The translations under genes and the position numbers were made by a program. A model generated the notes under the pieces. The model worked only from the letters and a program-made list of their open reading frames with translations. It was not told where the DNA came from and searched no databases. Positions 22,295 to 32,384 of a stretch of 64,000 nucleotides of DNA are shown piece after piece (the stretch's first letter is position 1; each line of letters begins with the position of its first letter). Origin of the DNA: an uncultured Planctomycetaceae bacterium (GTDB lineage Bacteria > Planctomycetota > Planctomycetia > Pirellulales > PALSA-1355); the NCBI GenBank assembly GCA_963785305.1, contig CAWAUV010000008.1, forward strand, positions 320,001 through 384,000. The letters run 5' to 3'.

Positions 22295-23484
22295 GTGTCG
22301 CTTGTCGTTCCGAATACCTCATCGGACGAGGAAACGGTCCCGCAGCAAGCGTGCTTTGTGGCGGGAACGCCGGTGGTTGTGAAAGAAGGCTTCAAGCGGG
22401 TCGAGGATGTCAAACTCGGCGACGAGGTGGCCTGCAAGAGCGATGGCGACCCGTGGGGCGAGCTCTACTGGCGCGTGGTCGACCGGCTATTCAAACATGA
22501 CCCGACGCCGATTCTCGGCATCGAAATCGCCGGCCGCCTGATCCGCGGCACCGCGAACCACCTGTATTATGCGGAAGGTCGCGGCTGGATCAAAGTGCAC
22601 GAACTCCGCGTCGGCGATCAAGTCATCGGCCACGACGGCCGCTTGCACGCGGTGACCGCGATCATCGATAATGGCGAAGTCGAGCCGGTCTACAACTTCG
22701 CCGTCGCCGAACACCATACGTACTTCGTGGCGAGCCAAGACGGCGCGGTGAGCGCGCTGGTGCATAATGATTACATTCAATTTCACGCTAACGGCGTTTA
22801 CTGGGTTAACGAAAGCACCAACCCGCCGACGGAGACGAGAATCGGATACTTTGAGGACAGCCCTCAAAATGTGATTCTGGTAATTGGTGACACCAAGGAT
22901 GGTTCTAACAATACAATTACGTTGACCGATTTGAAGGCAGAAGCCCAAAAAATTACGCAATTAAAAAAACAGGGAAAGGTAGTTGTCCTCGTGACGCCGC
23001 CGCGCGATCTTGGCAAAGAAACCGACCTGAAGGCCGGACCTTATGGCGAACTGCAAAGCGCCAAAGGTTCGATCGAGAGCACGCTGAGAATTGGGCGCAG
23101 GCTATAGGCTGGACAGTAATTCACGTCGCGAACGTAAAAGAAGCTAACTTGAAACTGTCGGTTCTCTCGGAAGATAGTCCGATTGGAGCAATTATCGTCG
23201 AGGGACACGGAAACACTGGCTATCAATACATAGGTCCCATAGGTCCAGGCAGCACGAAAATCAAATCCGATGGAACGAACGTCGCGGAATTGTTTCAAGG
23301 AGTTGACTTCGCGAGCCAAGTTACAATAGTTCTCCACGGATGCAAGGTTGGCAGCGACAGGGCCGCCAGCGCGGCCCTAATTACAGCGATTCAAAGTCAG
23401 ATCCCGAACTCAACTGTCAAGGTTGACATTCAGTCCGGATTAACATACTCCGAAAATACGCCGCGATTGAACTTTACGCGGTAG
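22295..23484 (+). pseudogene. Orphan cassette C2: Hint plus clan-CD-like His-Cys protease tip; frameshift near 23066
   Basis: ORFs 22295..23107 and 23149..23484 together align with intact 40593..41801; IIVEGHG...IVLHGCKVG. Confidence 0.7.
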
Positions 23485-23496
23485 CGCTTTATTTCT

Positions 23497-24359
23497 ATGA
23501 AATACTCGTTTTCATTACGACTTTTGGCCATCATTACGGCTATCATTGGTCTCGCGTGCGCTGTAACTCCACGTGTGATCGACTGGATTCGATGGAAACA
23601 AGCAACTCGCTGTCAGTGCTGCGAGATTCAAGATATTCCAACAGATGGCGGGCTATTAGTATCGATAGAGACGCTTGTCGATGGCGAATGCCGTGATTTT
23701 GAATGGTCGTCGTTGCTCCGCTTGCTTTCAACCCGCGCCGACGAAATAGCTAACATCACGATCGAAGAGGCGGCGAGTTGTAATGGCGTGATCGACGACG
23801 ATGCGTTAAACGAACTTATTAAACTTCGCGAAATTAAAGCCCTCTACATATCACTGCGGCACTCACCCACCTTTCACTTCACGCGGGCATCGTTCGCCCG
23901 CCTGCGCGAGCTCTCGAAACTGCAAAAGCTCGCAATTCACGACGGCTCGATATTCACCGACCTTGACATTCGATGCATAGCGAAGTGTCCTTCGTTGCGC
24001 GAATTGACATTTTCAGACAACCAGTTTGCGCCGGGCGCATTGAGAGATTTAGCTGATAGCGTGCAACTTCGATGCTTGAGTTTTTACGGGTGCGATCTCA
24101 CCGATAGCGATCTTCTGGCAATAGCTAATATTTCTTCCTTGCGCAACTTATAGTTGTTTGCGTTGCGCCGAATCAGGCGAGCAACATAACTGATATTGGC
24201 GTCTCACAATTGCGAATTGCGCGCCCCGATTTAGGTTTCCAAATCGAAACGAACTGGAACGAACGGCAAGTTCCGATCGTGCAGTTCTCCGATTCTATTG
24301 CACCTGGCTCTCCCATTCGTCTCAAAGATGCCGCCGAAGGAAAGAACAATCCGAGGTAA
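23497..24359 (+). pseudogene. Membrane-anchored leucine-rich-repeat immunity protein; frameshift near 24150
   Basis: N-terminal FSLRLL plus hydrophobic helix, LxxLxxLxL repeats; continues in another frame as ITDIGVSQLRIARPDL to TAA 24357-24359, matching 41803..42618. Confidence 0.7.
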
Positions 24360-24372
24360 GTGTTGAAGCCGT

Positions 24373-24602
24373 TGTCCCTCCCGAAAACCCCGTCGGAGGG
24401 GATCGTGATGCCAAGTAGGGTTGATTTCGCGAAGTTGGTTTCGGCGGTGCTCAAGAAAAATCGCCGGCGTTGGAGTGAAAACGGGTCCGGAGGGCCTGTT
24501 TTCACTCCTGGGCGCGCGGCCTTGCCTTCGGCGTGTCGCCGTGATGAGAGGTCGTGAAGGCGCGAGGAAGCGTCAAGCGGCGCGGGTGTAGCGGTGATGG
24601 GG
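24373..24602 (-). mobile_element. Right-end fragment of the rve-type IS
   Basis: TGTCCCTCCCGAAAACCCCGTCGGAGGGG..., homologous to 58807-59040. Confidence 0.75.
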
Positions 24603-24797
24603 GGGAGCAAAGGGGACGCGAGTCGAATCGGGGGTCGGTTTTCTTGGGACGGCCGCGGGGACGAAGCGTCGATTGCAATCCACCGCGCGGTTTAGCGCAT
24701 GGAAAATCAATCCCTTCGGCGGCATGCCCCCAGCTTAACCCGGGACGCCTCAAACGCCGGTATCGACTCGCGACCCCGTTTTCGTTCGCCCTTTTCC
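24603..24797 (-). mobile_element. Mini-RAYT type 2
   Basis: Near-identical to 19710-19905. Confidence 0.75.
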
Positions 24798-24808
24798 GAT
24801 CGATAGCG

Positions 24809-25249
24809 AAAAATCAAAGGGGTCAGGCCTCATTGATTTTGCTGGCGGTTGTTGGTAGACTTGCGGCCATGCTATGACCACCACGAGCCGACGAAGCGGG
24901 CGGCGTCTGCCATGCCCTGAATCGAGCGAATGCCCGGGCCAAGATATTCCGCAACGACGCGGATTACGAAGCCTTCGAGCACGTGCTCGGTGAAGGGCTC
25001 GCGCGGCACGCCGTCGACTTGTTCTCTTACCAGTTGATGCCCAGCCACTGGCGCCGCTATCGGAACGAGAGCTCGCTGCGGCGCCCCGCGAGGGACTCCC
25101 TTCGGCGAGCCGACTTGGACCGAAGCGACGATAAGGCGCCCGCGGCTGACCTCGAACCTACGACCTCGTGGTCGTCCGCAAGCGCATTTTTCCGATACGG
25201 CTCCCGACCCTACACCAAACAATGGGTCCTGACCCCTTGGAATTCTTCG
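24809..25249 (+). mobile_element. Mini-RAYT type 1, both ends present (~440 bp)
   Basis: Inverted ends AAGGGGTCAGGCCTCATTG / CAATGGGTCCTGACCCCTT; decayed RADEAGGVCHALNRANARAKIF...FSYQLMPSHW joined to GTPFGEPTW...LRPRGRP (RAYT N- and C-termini, centre deleted). Confidence 0.8.
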
Positions 25250-27514
25250 GGTTATGTCGATACGTCGGATGGCGGCGAGGAAGACCTCGACGACGGCGCG
25301 ACGACATCCGACAACGTCACCGCGAGCGGCAGCGCCTCGCAAACGAGCGTCGAGACTCAGACCACGACTTCGACGATCAACTGGAACTATACGGACGGCG
25401 GCGGGACCACGAGCTACGTGCAAGCGGCGGCCACCTGTTCCGGTTCGACCGAAGTCGACCAAAGCTACAACCTCGGGGGCGACAACGCTGGCGACGATGG
25501 CGAGGGCGACGACGGCCAAAATGACGGTCCGACGAAAATCAGCATTTCGAAATCCACCCAAGAGGCCAACGACAAAGTCACTTACTGGGCCACGTCGTCG
25601 GCCACTCCCGACTATTCGACATCCCTCGTTTTCAGCGGCACGCTCAACACCGGCACATCGCTCAGCTATACCACCCAGGGCGTCTACACGCCCACGGCCG
25701 GCGTCGAACCCTCGGGCTCCCTGACCGAGAGCGAAAGCGACTATAGCCTCGGTTCTGAAAACATCTCCAGCACCGAGGTCTACGCGCACGGCGACGGCGG
25801 AAGCTTCACGCAAGTCAGCGTTTCAGCCAGCGACAATACGAACCATGCGTTCTCCGCCCACGACGCGGTGAATTCCGAGGACCACGCGGGCCACTCGCAC
25901 GAAACGACGAACGAAAATGTCAGCGTGTCGAGTAGCGCCACCTACGGGCCCGATTCGCAAATCCAGCAATCGATCACCAGCTTCACGCTGAGTCCCATCG
26001 CCACCAGCGACGGCGATTGGAGCGGCGGCGGCGGGGTGATCAACACCGTGCGCGATTCGACCGGCGTGATTCTGACGAGCACGGTTCCCCAGTACGGACA
26101 GGGTTCGCCGCCCACGATCGTCACGATCACCAGTTCTCCCCAGCAGACTCCGACCGCGATCCCCGCGGGCAGTCCGCCGCTGGCGGCGGTGAACGCCGCG
26201 CATCAGGCGGTGTTCGCCCAGAATTGGGGCGACGTGTTCGAGGAGCAGTGGATCGCGAATCCACCGCCGAAGCCGAACTTCTCGTATAGCACGGCGTCGA
26301 ACCAAACCTCGGTCACCGACGCCTTCTTCGCCGGCCTGGGCACCGGCGCCAAGGCGGTGGTGAATGGCACATTCAAGGCGATCGTCTCGTCGGCCACGGT
26401 CGGCTTCGTCGAGGGCGACAACCTGCTCGAAGTCACCAAGGCCGATATGGAGCGGGGCTACGGCACGGCCGAGGCGTTCGCCAACGCCGGCGCGTCGGTC
26501 TTCGTGGGCGTCGCCACCGGCGGCGCTGCTTGCGCGCTCTCGAAAGGCGGCAATATCGCCAAGGTGGCCAGCGCCGGCATTCGGGCCTACGAAACCGCGA
26601 GCGACGCGGCCGACACCGCCCGCGCGGCGATCGACATCTACGAGAACGGCCCGAGCCTCGCGAACGTCGTCCAACTCGGCGGCCAAGCCCTCGCGTCCAT
26701 TCCCGCCATCAAGGGCGGCTGCTTCTTCCCGGGCACGCCGGTGGCCACCGAACTCGGCCACAAGCGGATCGAGATCGTTCTGCCCGGCGATCGCGTTTGG
26801 GCCTGCGACTTGACCACGAGCAAGTGGGAACTGCGCTCGGTGGTCGAGACCTACGTCACCGAATATGTCGGTGAGACGATCCGAGTCATGGTCGCCGGCG
26901 AGTGGATCGAGTCGACCCGGCATCATCCGTTCTGGGTGGCGGAAGGAAAGAATCTCGCCGATCGGCCGACGCCGGAGCACGTGGCGGCGGCGATGGCCGA
27001 GGGCGGAACGCTGCCCGGCCGCTGGGTCGACGCCGGCGACCTCGAACTCGGCGATCTGGTGCTCTTCAAAGACGGCCGCCGGGCGCCGATCGAAGCCATC
27101 GAGGTTCACCTCGTCGCCGTCCAGGTCTATAATTTCCAAGTCGAGGGACTGCATAATTACGCCGTCGGCCTCGACTCCGTGCTGGCGCATAATAATTGCG
27201 CGGCAAATAATTCGGGCGGCGCAAACGCCGCTCAAGGCGCACAAAACCTGAATAACGGATGGGGGAATCTGGGTAGCCACGGACCCGTCACTCCTGACGT
27301 AGCACTTCGTTCGGCGGAAAAATGGCTCGGTGCTGGCTACAAGGAAATCGCCCCCGGCGTTTACCGATCCGCCGACGGCCTCAGGCAATTTCGAATGACC
27401 GCAAGTGACCTTATTCCAACGCATGGGAATATCGGACCCCATGTTCATTTTGAGGTACCGAACCCTGCTGGCGGTCCGCCATTGGAGAACTTACACATAC
27501 CTGTAACACCTTAA
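25250..27514 (+). CDS. Orphan toxin cassette D1: carrier D stub, Hint, possible BECR-fold RNase tip
   Basis: Within ORF 24983..27514; CFFPGT...AHNNC; tip YRSADGLRQFRM...GPHVHFE. Confidence 0.75.
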   Translation, partial: GYVDTSDGGEEDLDDGATTSDNVTASGSASQTSVETQTTTSTINWNYTDGGGTTSYVQAAATCSGSTEVDQSYNLGGDNAGDDGEGDDGQNDGPTKISISKSTQEANDKVTYWATSSATPDYSTSLVFSGTLNTGTSLSYTTQGVYTPTAGVEPSGSLTESESDYSLGSENISSTEVYAHGDGGSFTQVSVSASDNTNHAFSAHDAVNSEDHAGHSHETTNENVSVSSSATYGPDSQIQQSITSFTLSPIATSDGDWSGGGGVINTVRDSTGVILTSTVPQYGQGSPPTIVTITSSPQQTPTAIPAGSPPLAAVNAAHQAVFAQNWGDVFEEQWIANPPPKPNFSYSTASNQTSVTDAFFAGLGTGAKAVVNGTFKAIVSSATVGFVEGDNLLEVTKADMERGYGTAEAFANAGASVFVGVATGGAACALSKGGNIAKVASAGIRAYETASDAADTARAAIDIYENGPSLANVVQLGGQALASIPAIKGGCFFPGTPVATELGHKRIEIVLPGDRVWACDLTTSKWELRSVVETYVTEYVGETIRVMVAGEWIESTRHHPFWVAEGKNLADRPTPEHVAAAMAEGGTLPGRWVDAGDLELGDLVLFKDGRRAPIEAIEVHLVAVQVYNFQVEGLHNYAVGLDSVLAHNNCAANNSGGANAAQGAQNLNNGWGNLGSHGPVTPDVALRSAEKWLGAGYKEIAPGVYRSADGLRQFRMTASDLIPTHGNIGPHVHFEVPNPAGGPPLENLHIPVTP

Positions 27515-27528
27515 ATGAGGCTCCCTTT

Positions 27529-27795
27529 ATGAAACTACGCGCACGAGTAAAGTCATTTAGGGGAACTTCGACAAACTATATTGGCGAGCTCGTCGAAGGG
27601 CGGGCGGTTCCTGTTCAACAATTGCCCAACCCAACGTGGCTTGAAATTTCGGAAGAAAACGATGCTTTTTTGCTGCTCTACATAAATGCGAATGGTGAGT
27701 GCTTTGCTGATACATGGCACCAGACGATGCAAAGTGCGAAACGCGAGGCGACATTGGGGTTCGGGATCGGTCCGGATGATTGGGTTAAATCTTGA
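27529..27795 (+). CDS. Immunity protein for D1 (88 aa)
   Basis: GAGG upstream; ADTWHQTMQSAK motif; adjacent to the toxin. Confidence 0.7.
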   Translation: MKLRARVKSFRGTSTNYIGELVEGRAVPVQQLPNPTWLEISEENDAFLLLYINANGECFADTWHQTMQSAKREATLGFGIGPDDWVKS

Positions 27796-27806
27796 GTGCT
27801 GTTGTC

Positions 27807-27845
27807 TGTCCCTCCCTAAAACCTCGTCGGAGGGGGCAGTGATGC
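27807..27845 (-). mobile_element. Short right-end scrap of the rve-type IS
   Basis: TGTCCCTCCCTAAAACCTCGTCGGAGGGGGCAGTGATGC. Confidence 0.65.
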
Positions 27846-27995
27846 GGACATCCGACTTGCGGGACGGATCGCTTCGCAGCTTGCGTTCGCGTGGGATCGC
27901 GATCGATCTTTGGCAATTCGATTGGCCGCGCGTTCGAGCGATCCTCGACGCGCGGCGCTTGGATCGGCGGGCGCGCCGATAAAAGCGCATGTTGA

Positions 27996-28107
27996 TTCAA
28001 CACGACGGACACGAAGCACACGACGCCGGAAGAACGAGCGATTCCGACACGTCGACGCTCCGCCGTCTTCCTTGCTTCGTTGTGCTCTTCGTGTCCGTCG
28101 TGTTGAA
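27996..28107. repeat. REP-like hairpin repeat with perfect 21-bp arms
   Basis: TTCAACACGACGGACACGAAG (27996-28016) / CTTCGTGTCCGTCGTGTTGAA (28087-28107). Confidence 0.85.
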
Positions 28108-28162
28108 AATCTCTTCTCCTCCGCGCCGCGCCGGCGGCCAACGTGGACTTCACAATCCCGAG

Positions 28163-28270
28163 GAAAATCAAAGGGGTCAGAAAATCAAAGGGGTCAGGCC
28201 TCATTGATTTTGCTGGCGGTTGTTGGTAGACTTGCGGCCATGCTATGACCACCACGAGCCGACGAAGCCG
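28163..28270 (+). mobile_element. Left end of mini-RAYT type 1 with duplicated 17-nt terminus
   Basis: GAAAATCAAAGGGGTCA twice (28163-28179, 28180-28196), then the same junction into carrier B as at 12360. Confidence 0.75.
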
Positions 28271-28317
28271 GCGGCGGGCATGCCGGCAACGCCACCGAGA
28301 AGACGAACGAAACCGCG

Positions 28318-30000
28318 GTGGCGCGGAATCTGTTCTTCCAGAACTACCAAGGCGAGGGAGATGAGAGCACGTCGCTGGCGGTGAACATCTCGCCGGAGAC
28401 CACGACCAACAGCACTTGGCAAGGTAATGTCGGCAAAGCCACCACGGTCTCCGACAGCCCCGGCCAGCAGGTCACGATGACGGTCGATTCGCTGTACGGC
28501 AACGGGATTCCCACCTTTACCACGATCACCAGCGCGTCGAACCCGCAAACGAGCGTCGCGCCATTCTCGGGCGAAGGCGGCCCGAAGTCGGCTTTGCAAG
28601 CGGCGCACGCGGCGGCGTTTGCCTCGACCTACCAGGATGTGTTCGACGAAAACGCGGTGACGACGCAAAGCACGCTCACGCCGACACCCACGCGCAGCTC
28701 GTCGCCCTGGGCCAGCTACTGGTCGAACGTCGCCGAGACCGCGAAGGGGTATTTCATCGACGGGCCGGTGAACATGGTGAAGGGCCTCGTGGAAAGCGCC
28801 TACCAACTCGTTACCGATCCCGTGGGCACTTTCAACAATTACGCGAACATCGTCCGGCATCCGTTCGACACCGCGAAAGCGCTCTATCAGCATTACTCCG
28901 AGCTAGCGCAGTCGAACCGCGGCCAGGGCGAGATCGCCTTCGAGTTGGCGAGCGCGCTCGGCCCCGCCGGGCTGGCGAAACTCGACAAGATCCGCACGGC
29001 GAGCAAGATCGCGAAAGCCGCCGAAGCCGCCACCGTCGCCGACGCCAGCCGCGTCGCAACCATCGCCACCGACACCGAGGAGGCGCTCGCCGCCGCCAAG
29101 GCCAACGAAGCGACACGGGCCGCCGAAGCCACGTCGACCTGCGAGGGTGAATTCGGCGGCTGCTTCTTCTCCGGCACGCCGGTGGCCACGGAGTTCGGTC
29201 ACAAGTCCATCGAGAGCATTACGGCGGAAGATCGGGTGTGGGCCTGCGATCTGGTAACCAGCCGGTGGGAACTTCGCCCGATCGTTGAAACATATGTGAC
29301 CGAGTACGTCGGCCAGAAGATTCGCACGAAGGTCGCCGGTGAATGGATCGAATCGACGTGGCATCACCCGATTTGGGTTGTCGATGGCCACGATCTCGCC
29401 GACCGCCCGCGGCCGGAGCACGTGAAACTCGCCGAAACCGCCGGCGCCACCGTCCCCGGCCGCTGGGTCGACGCGGGCGATCTGCGCGTCGGCGATTCGC
29501 TGCTCCTAAAAGACGGCCGCACGGCGCCGATCGAAGCCATCGAGGTTCACTTCGCCGTCGCCAAAGTTTATAATTTCCAAGTCGAGGGCTTGCACAACTA
29601 CGCCGTGGGCAACTTCGAGGCCCTGGTGCATAACAACGCAGTTTGCCCGGGCAGTAGCACGCAAAGCACCGCTGGCGCAAAGCGTGGCCCCAAGACGGAC
29701 CCGACCGCGCCGCACAACGCAAAAATACGATCTGAAGCAGATACGCTTGTGAGCGAAGGCAATACGATTATCGCCGGTGGCGGTCGCGAGCCGGAACAGT
29801 TAGTCAGGACGCCCGGTGGAAACAAAAAAGGGCGTCGGCCCGATATCCTCTATCAGACTCCCAATGGCGAATTGCGCGGACGTAACATCGGAAAAACAAA
29901 GGCTGATGGTTCGCCAGTCACGCGCGAGCAAAATGCGCTGAACGACCTCAATGGCAAGGGCGGCCTGCCGACGGATTTTGTTGCATATGATTCCTACTGA
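28318..30000 (+). CDS. Toxin cassette B4: carrier B stub, Hint, allele of the B2 REase-like tip (560 aa)
   Basis: ORF 28318..30000; tip nearly identical to B2. Confidence 0.8.
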   Translation: MARNLFFQNYQGEGDESTSLAVNISPETTTNSTWQGNVGKATTVSDSPGQQVTMTVDSLYGNGIPTFTTITSASNPQTSVAPFSGEGGPKSALQAAHAAAFASTYQDVFDENAVTTQSTLTPTPTRSSSPWASYWSNVAETAKGYFIDGPVNMVKGLVESAYQLVTDPVGTFNNYANIVRHPFDTAKALYQHYSELAQSNRGQGEIAFELASALGPAGLAKLDKIRTASKIAKAAEAATVADASRVATIATDTEEALAAAKANEATRAAEATSTCEGEFGGCFFSGTPVATEFGHKSIESITAEDRVWACDLVTSRWELRPIVETYVTEYVGQKIRTKVAGEWIESTWHHPIWVVDGHDLADRPRPEHVKLAETAGATVPGRWVDAGDLRVGDSLLLKDGRTAPIEAIEVHFAVAKVYNFQVEGLHNYAVGNFEALVHNNAVCPGSSTQSTAGAKRGPKTDPTAPHNAKIRSEADTLVSEGNTIIAGGGREPEQLVRTPGGNKKGRRPDILYQTPNGELRGRNIGKTKADGSPVTREQNALNDLNGKGGLPTDFVAYDSY

Positions 30001-30007
30001 GAAAGCC

Positions 30008-30541
30008 ATGGCAGACATCAATATTCAATTTCACGCGCTCCCTGAGGAGCTTCGGCGGTTTGCCGAGCAATGTGTTCACGACTTCGATCTTCATGTTGTT
30101 GCGATGAAGTACTTTCCATTCGAGGCAAACGAAGTGCCGCAAGACTCGTTAAGCTCTGTTTTCTCAACCACGGCGCTGTTTCGCGAGCTTGCGTTTACGT
30201 TGGATTGCCCGGTGCTTCCTGCTAAAAATAGCCTGATATTTCACGACAATAACGCGAATTGTCTTTATTTAGAGATTCAACGTCCAAACAAGGACGGTTT
30301 GCGGCAGGCTTGCCTCAGTTGTCGAACGAACGACACGACGGCGTTGAGTGTCTGGAAGCAAATCGCGAAGCGGCTAAAAAAGATTACGAAAGCTGGCGTT
30401 ATAGTAGTGAATCCCAATTCCGGTTGCTCCGCTCCCTGTTCCTCGTTTCGTTATACTGCCGGCGCAAAAGCGCTTGAGTGCGAAGGTGTTCGTATGCTCC
30501 CCGCCGCCGGAGGAAACATCATAAAATTTCCGAGCGATTAA
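30008..30541 (+). CDS. Immunity protein for B4, allele of 15700..16233
   Basis: Identical except for one central patch. Confidence 0.75.
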   Translation: MADINIQFHALPEELRRFAEQCVHDFDLHVVAMKYFPFEANEVPQDSLSSVFSTTALFRELAFTLDCPVLPAKNSLIFHDNNANCLYLEIQRPNKDGLRQACLSCRTNDTTALSVWKQIAKRLKKITKAGVIVVNPNSGCSAPCSSFRYTAGAKALECEGVRMLPAAGGNIIKFPSD

Positions 30542-30647
30542 CGATCTATTCAAGACTGGTGTCCCTATCCAGTGAATCTTGAGCGAACGTATGTTCGAGG
30601 GATCCGGCGTAAGATGTTGCTGAATGCGTGAACTTTGCGTCTCGTGT

Positions 30648-31090
30648 GAAAAATCAAAGGGGTCAGGCCTCATTGATTTTGCTGGCGGTTGTTGGTAGAC
30701 TTGCGGCCATGCTATGACCACCACGAGCCGACGAAGCGGGCGGCGTCTGCCATGCCCTGAATCGAGCGAATGCCCGGGCCAAGATATTCCGCAACGACGC
30801 GGATTACGAAGCCTTCGAGCACGTGCTCGGTGAAGGGCTCGCGCGGCACGCCGTCGACTTGTTCTCTTACCAGTTGATGCCCAGCCACTGGCGCCGCTAG
30901 CGGAACGAGAGCTCGCTGCGGCGCCCCGCGAGGGACTCCCTTCGGCGAGCCGACTTGGACCGAAGCGACGATAAGGCGCCCGCGGCTGACCTCGAACCTA
31001 CAACCTCGTGGTCGTCCGCAAACCGCATTTTTCCGATACGGCTCCCGACCCTACACCAAACAATGGGTCCTGACCCCTTGGAATTCTTCG
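30648..31090 (+). mobile_element. Mini-RAYT type 1, both ends present
   Basis: Near-identical to 24809-25249, with different flanks on both sides. Confidence 0.8.
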
Positions 31091-31890
31091 TCGTCCAACT
31101 CGGCGGCCAAGCCCTCGCGTCCATTCCCGCCATCAAGGGCGGCTGCTTCTTCCCGGGCACGCCGGTGGCCACCGAACTCGGCCACAAGCGGATCGAGGTC
31201 GTTCTTCCGGGCGATCGCGTCTGGGCCTGCGATCTGACCACGAGCGGGTGGGAACTGCGCTCGGTGGTCGAGACCTACGTCACCGAATATGTCGGTGAGA
31301 CGATCCGAGTCATGGTCGCCGGCGAGTGGATCGAGTCGACCCGGCATCATCCGTTCTGGGTGGCGGAAGGAAAGAATCTCGCCGATCGGCCGACGCCGGA
31401 GCACGTGGCGGCGGCGATGGCCGAGGGCGGAACGCTGCCCGGCCGCTGGGTCGACGCCGGCGACCTGCTTGTCGGCGACTTGTTGCTCTTGAAAGATGGC
31501 CGCGAAGTTTTGATCGAAGCCATCGAGGTTCACCTCGTCGCCGTCAAGGTCTATAATTTCCAGGTCGAGGGACTGCATAATTACGCAGTTGGACTCGGCT
31601 CCGTGCTGGTGCATAACAACTGCGCTCCAAGTAACCCTGGGCGTTCCGGTAAGCAGTCTAGGCTTCGCGAGCTAGCCAGCGATCCCAACGTTTCGTCGGC
31701 GGATAGAGGTTGGATTCAGCAGGAGTTGAATTCAATTGCTCGAGGTCAGAGAAGCACGATTCGTGTTCCGCCGGGAAAGAATTTGGCTCATCAGCGCGGC
31801 TACTCAGCTAAAGACGGCTATAGCTATTTGTACAGCGACTTGCAAGACATCGATTTGCACAAACTACAACACTGATTTGAAGGCTATTAA
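31091..31890 (+). CDS. Orphan cassette D2: Hint plus Ntox8-like (bacterial toxin 8) tip; in-frame TGA at 31873
   Basis: GRSGKQSRLREL...RGWIQQE...IRVPPG.NLAH.RG..AK.GY.Y..SDLQ..DLH.LQH. Confidence 0.75.
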
Positions 31891-32286
31891 ATGGCATGGA
31901 TTCTAAAAGACGCCGAAATTCAGTCTATTTTACGGGCGAGCGTCCAAGCACGGTTCGAGTATTTTGTGAAAAAGGCGGCGGATCAAGGACAAGTATGGAG
32001 CTTGCGGTATGTCGGTGGATGGGCATTAGCGGGCGACGATTCTGGGCATGAACTAATTCCGCTTTGGCCGCACGAGAAATTCGCATTGTTGTGTTCAACC
32101 GTGGAATGGGCGGGGTGTGTCCCGGAGCCAATCAGGCTTGACGTATTTCTCGACCGTTGGATTCCAGGAATGGTGAATGACCGACGATTAGCTGCCGTTT
32201 TTCCGACCCGACAGGATCGCGGAATTTCTGTAGAGCCGATTAGGCTGCAAGCTTCCTTGCTCAGCGAACTGTCACAATATGAGTAA
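31891..32286 (+). CDS. DUF2750-like immunity protein (131 aa)
   Basis: RFEYFVKK...VWSL...IPLWP...A..C..VEW...F.DRWIPGM..D. Confidence 0.7.
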   Translation: MAWILKDAEIQSILRASVQARFEYFVKKAADQGQVWSLRYVGGWALAGDDSGHELIPLWPHEKFALLCSTVEWAGCVPEPIRLDVFLDRWIPGMVNDRRLAAVFPTRQDRGISVEPIRLQASLLSELSQYE

Positions 32287-32384
32287 TCGCACATCAAGGG
32301 CGGCTGCTTCCCGCCGGGAACCGTGGTCGATACGGAAATTGGGGAGTTGTCCCTCCGAGTAGAATCAATAAAACCAGCCAGCGC

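Noticed and set aside
27995..28108. Hairpins as integron attC sites (ATTCAAC ... GTTGAAA)
   Set aside because: Only this copy has RYYYAAC, the right core misses GTTRRRY, cassette boundaries are not at G/TT, and there is no IntI. An IntegronFinder run would settle it.
15440..30330. Diversity-generating retroelement as the source of the variable patches
   Set aside because: Differences include many synonymous and non-adenine changes (GCT/GCC, GGC/GGT), and no reverse transcriptase gene is in the window.
24809..31090. Functional RAYT transposase in the window
   Set aside because: Stop at codon 3, the HUH region is cut at PSHW and the centre is deleted; any activity must come in trans.
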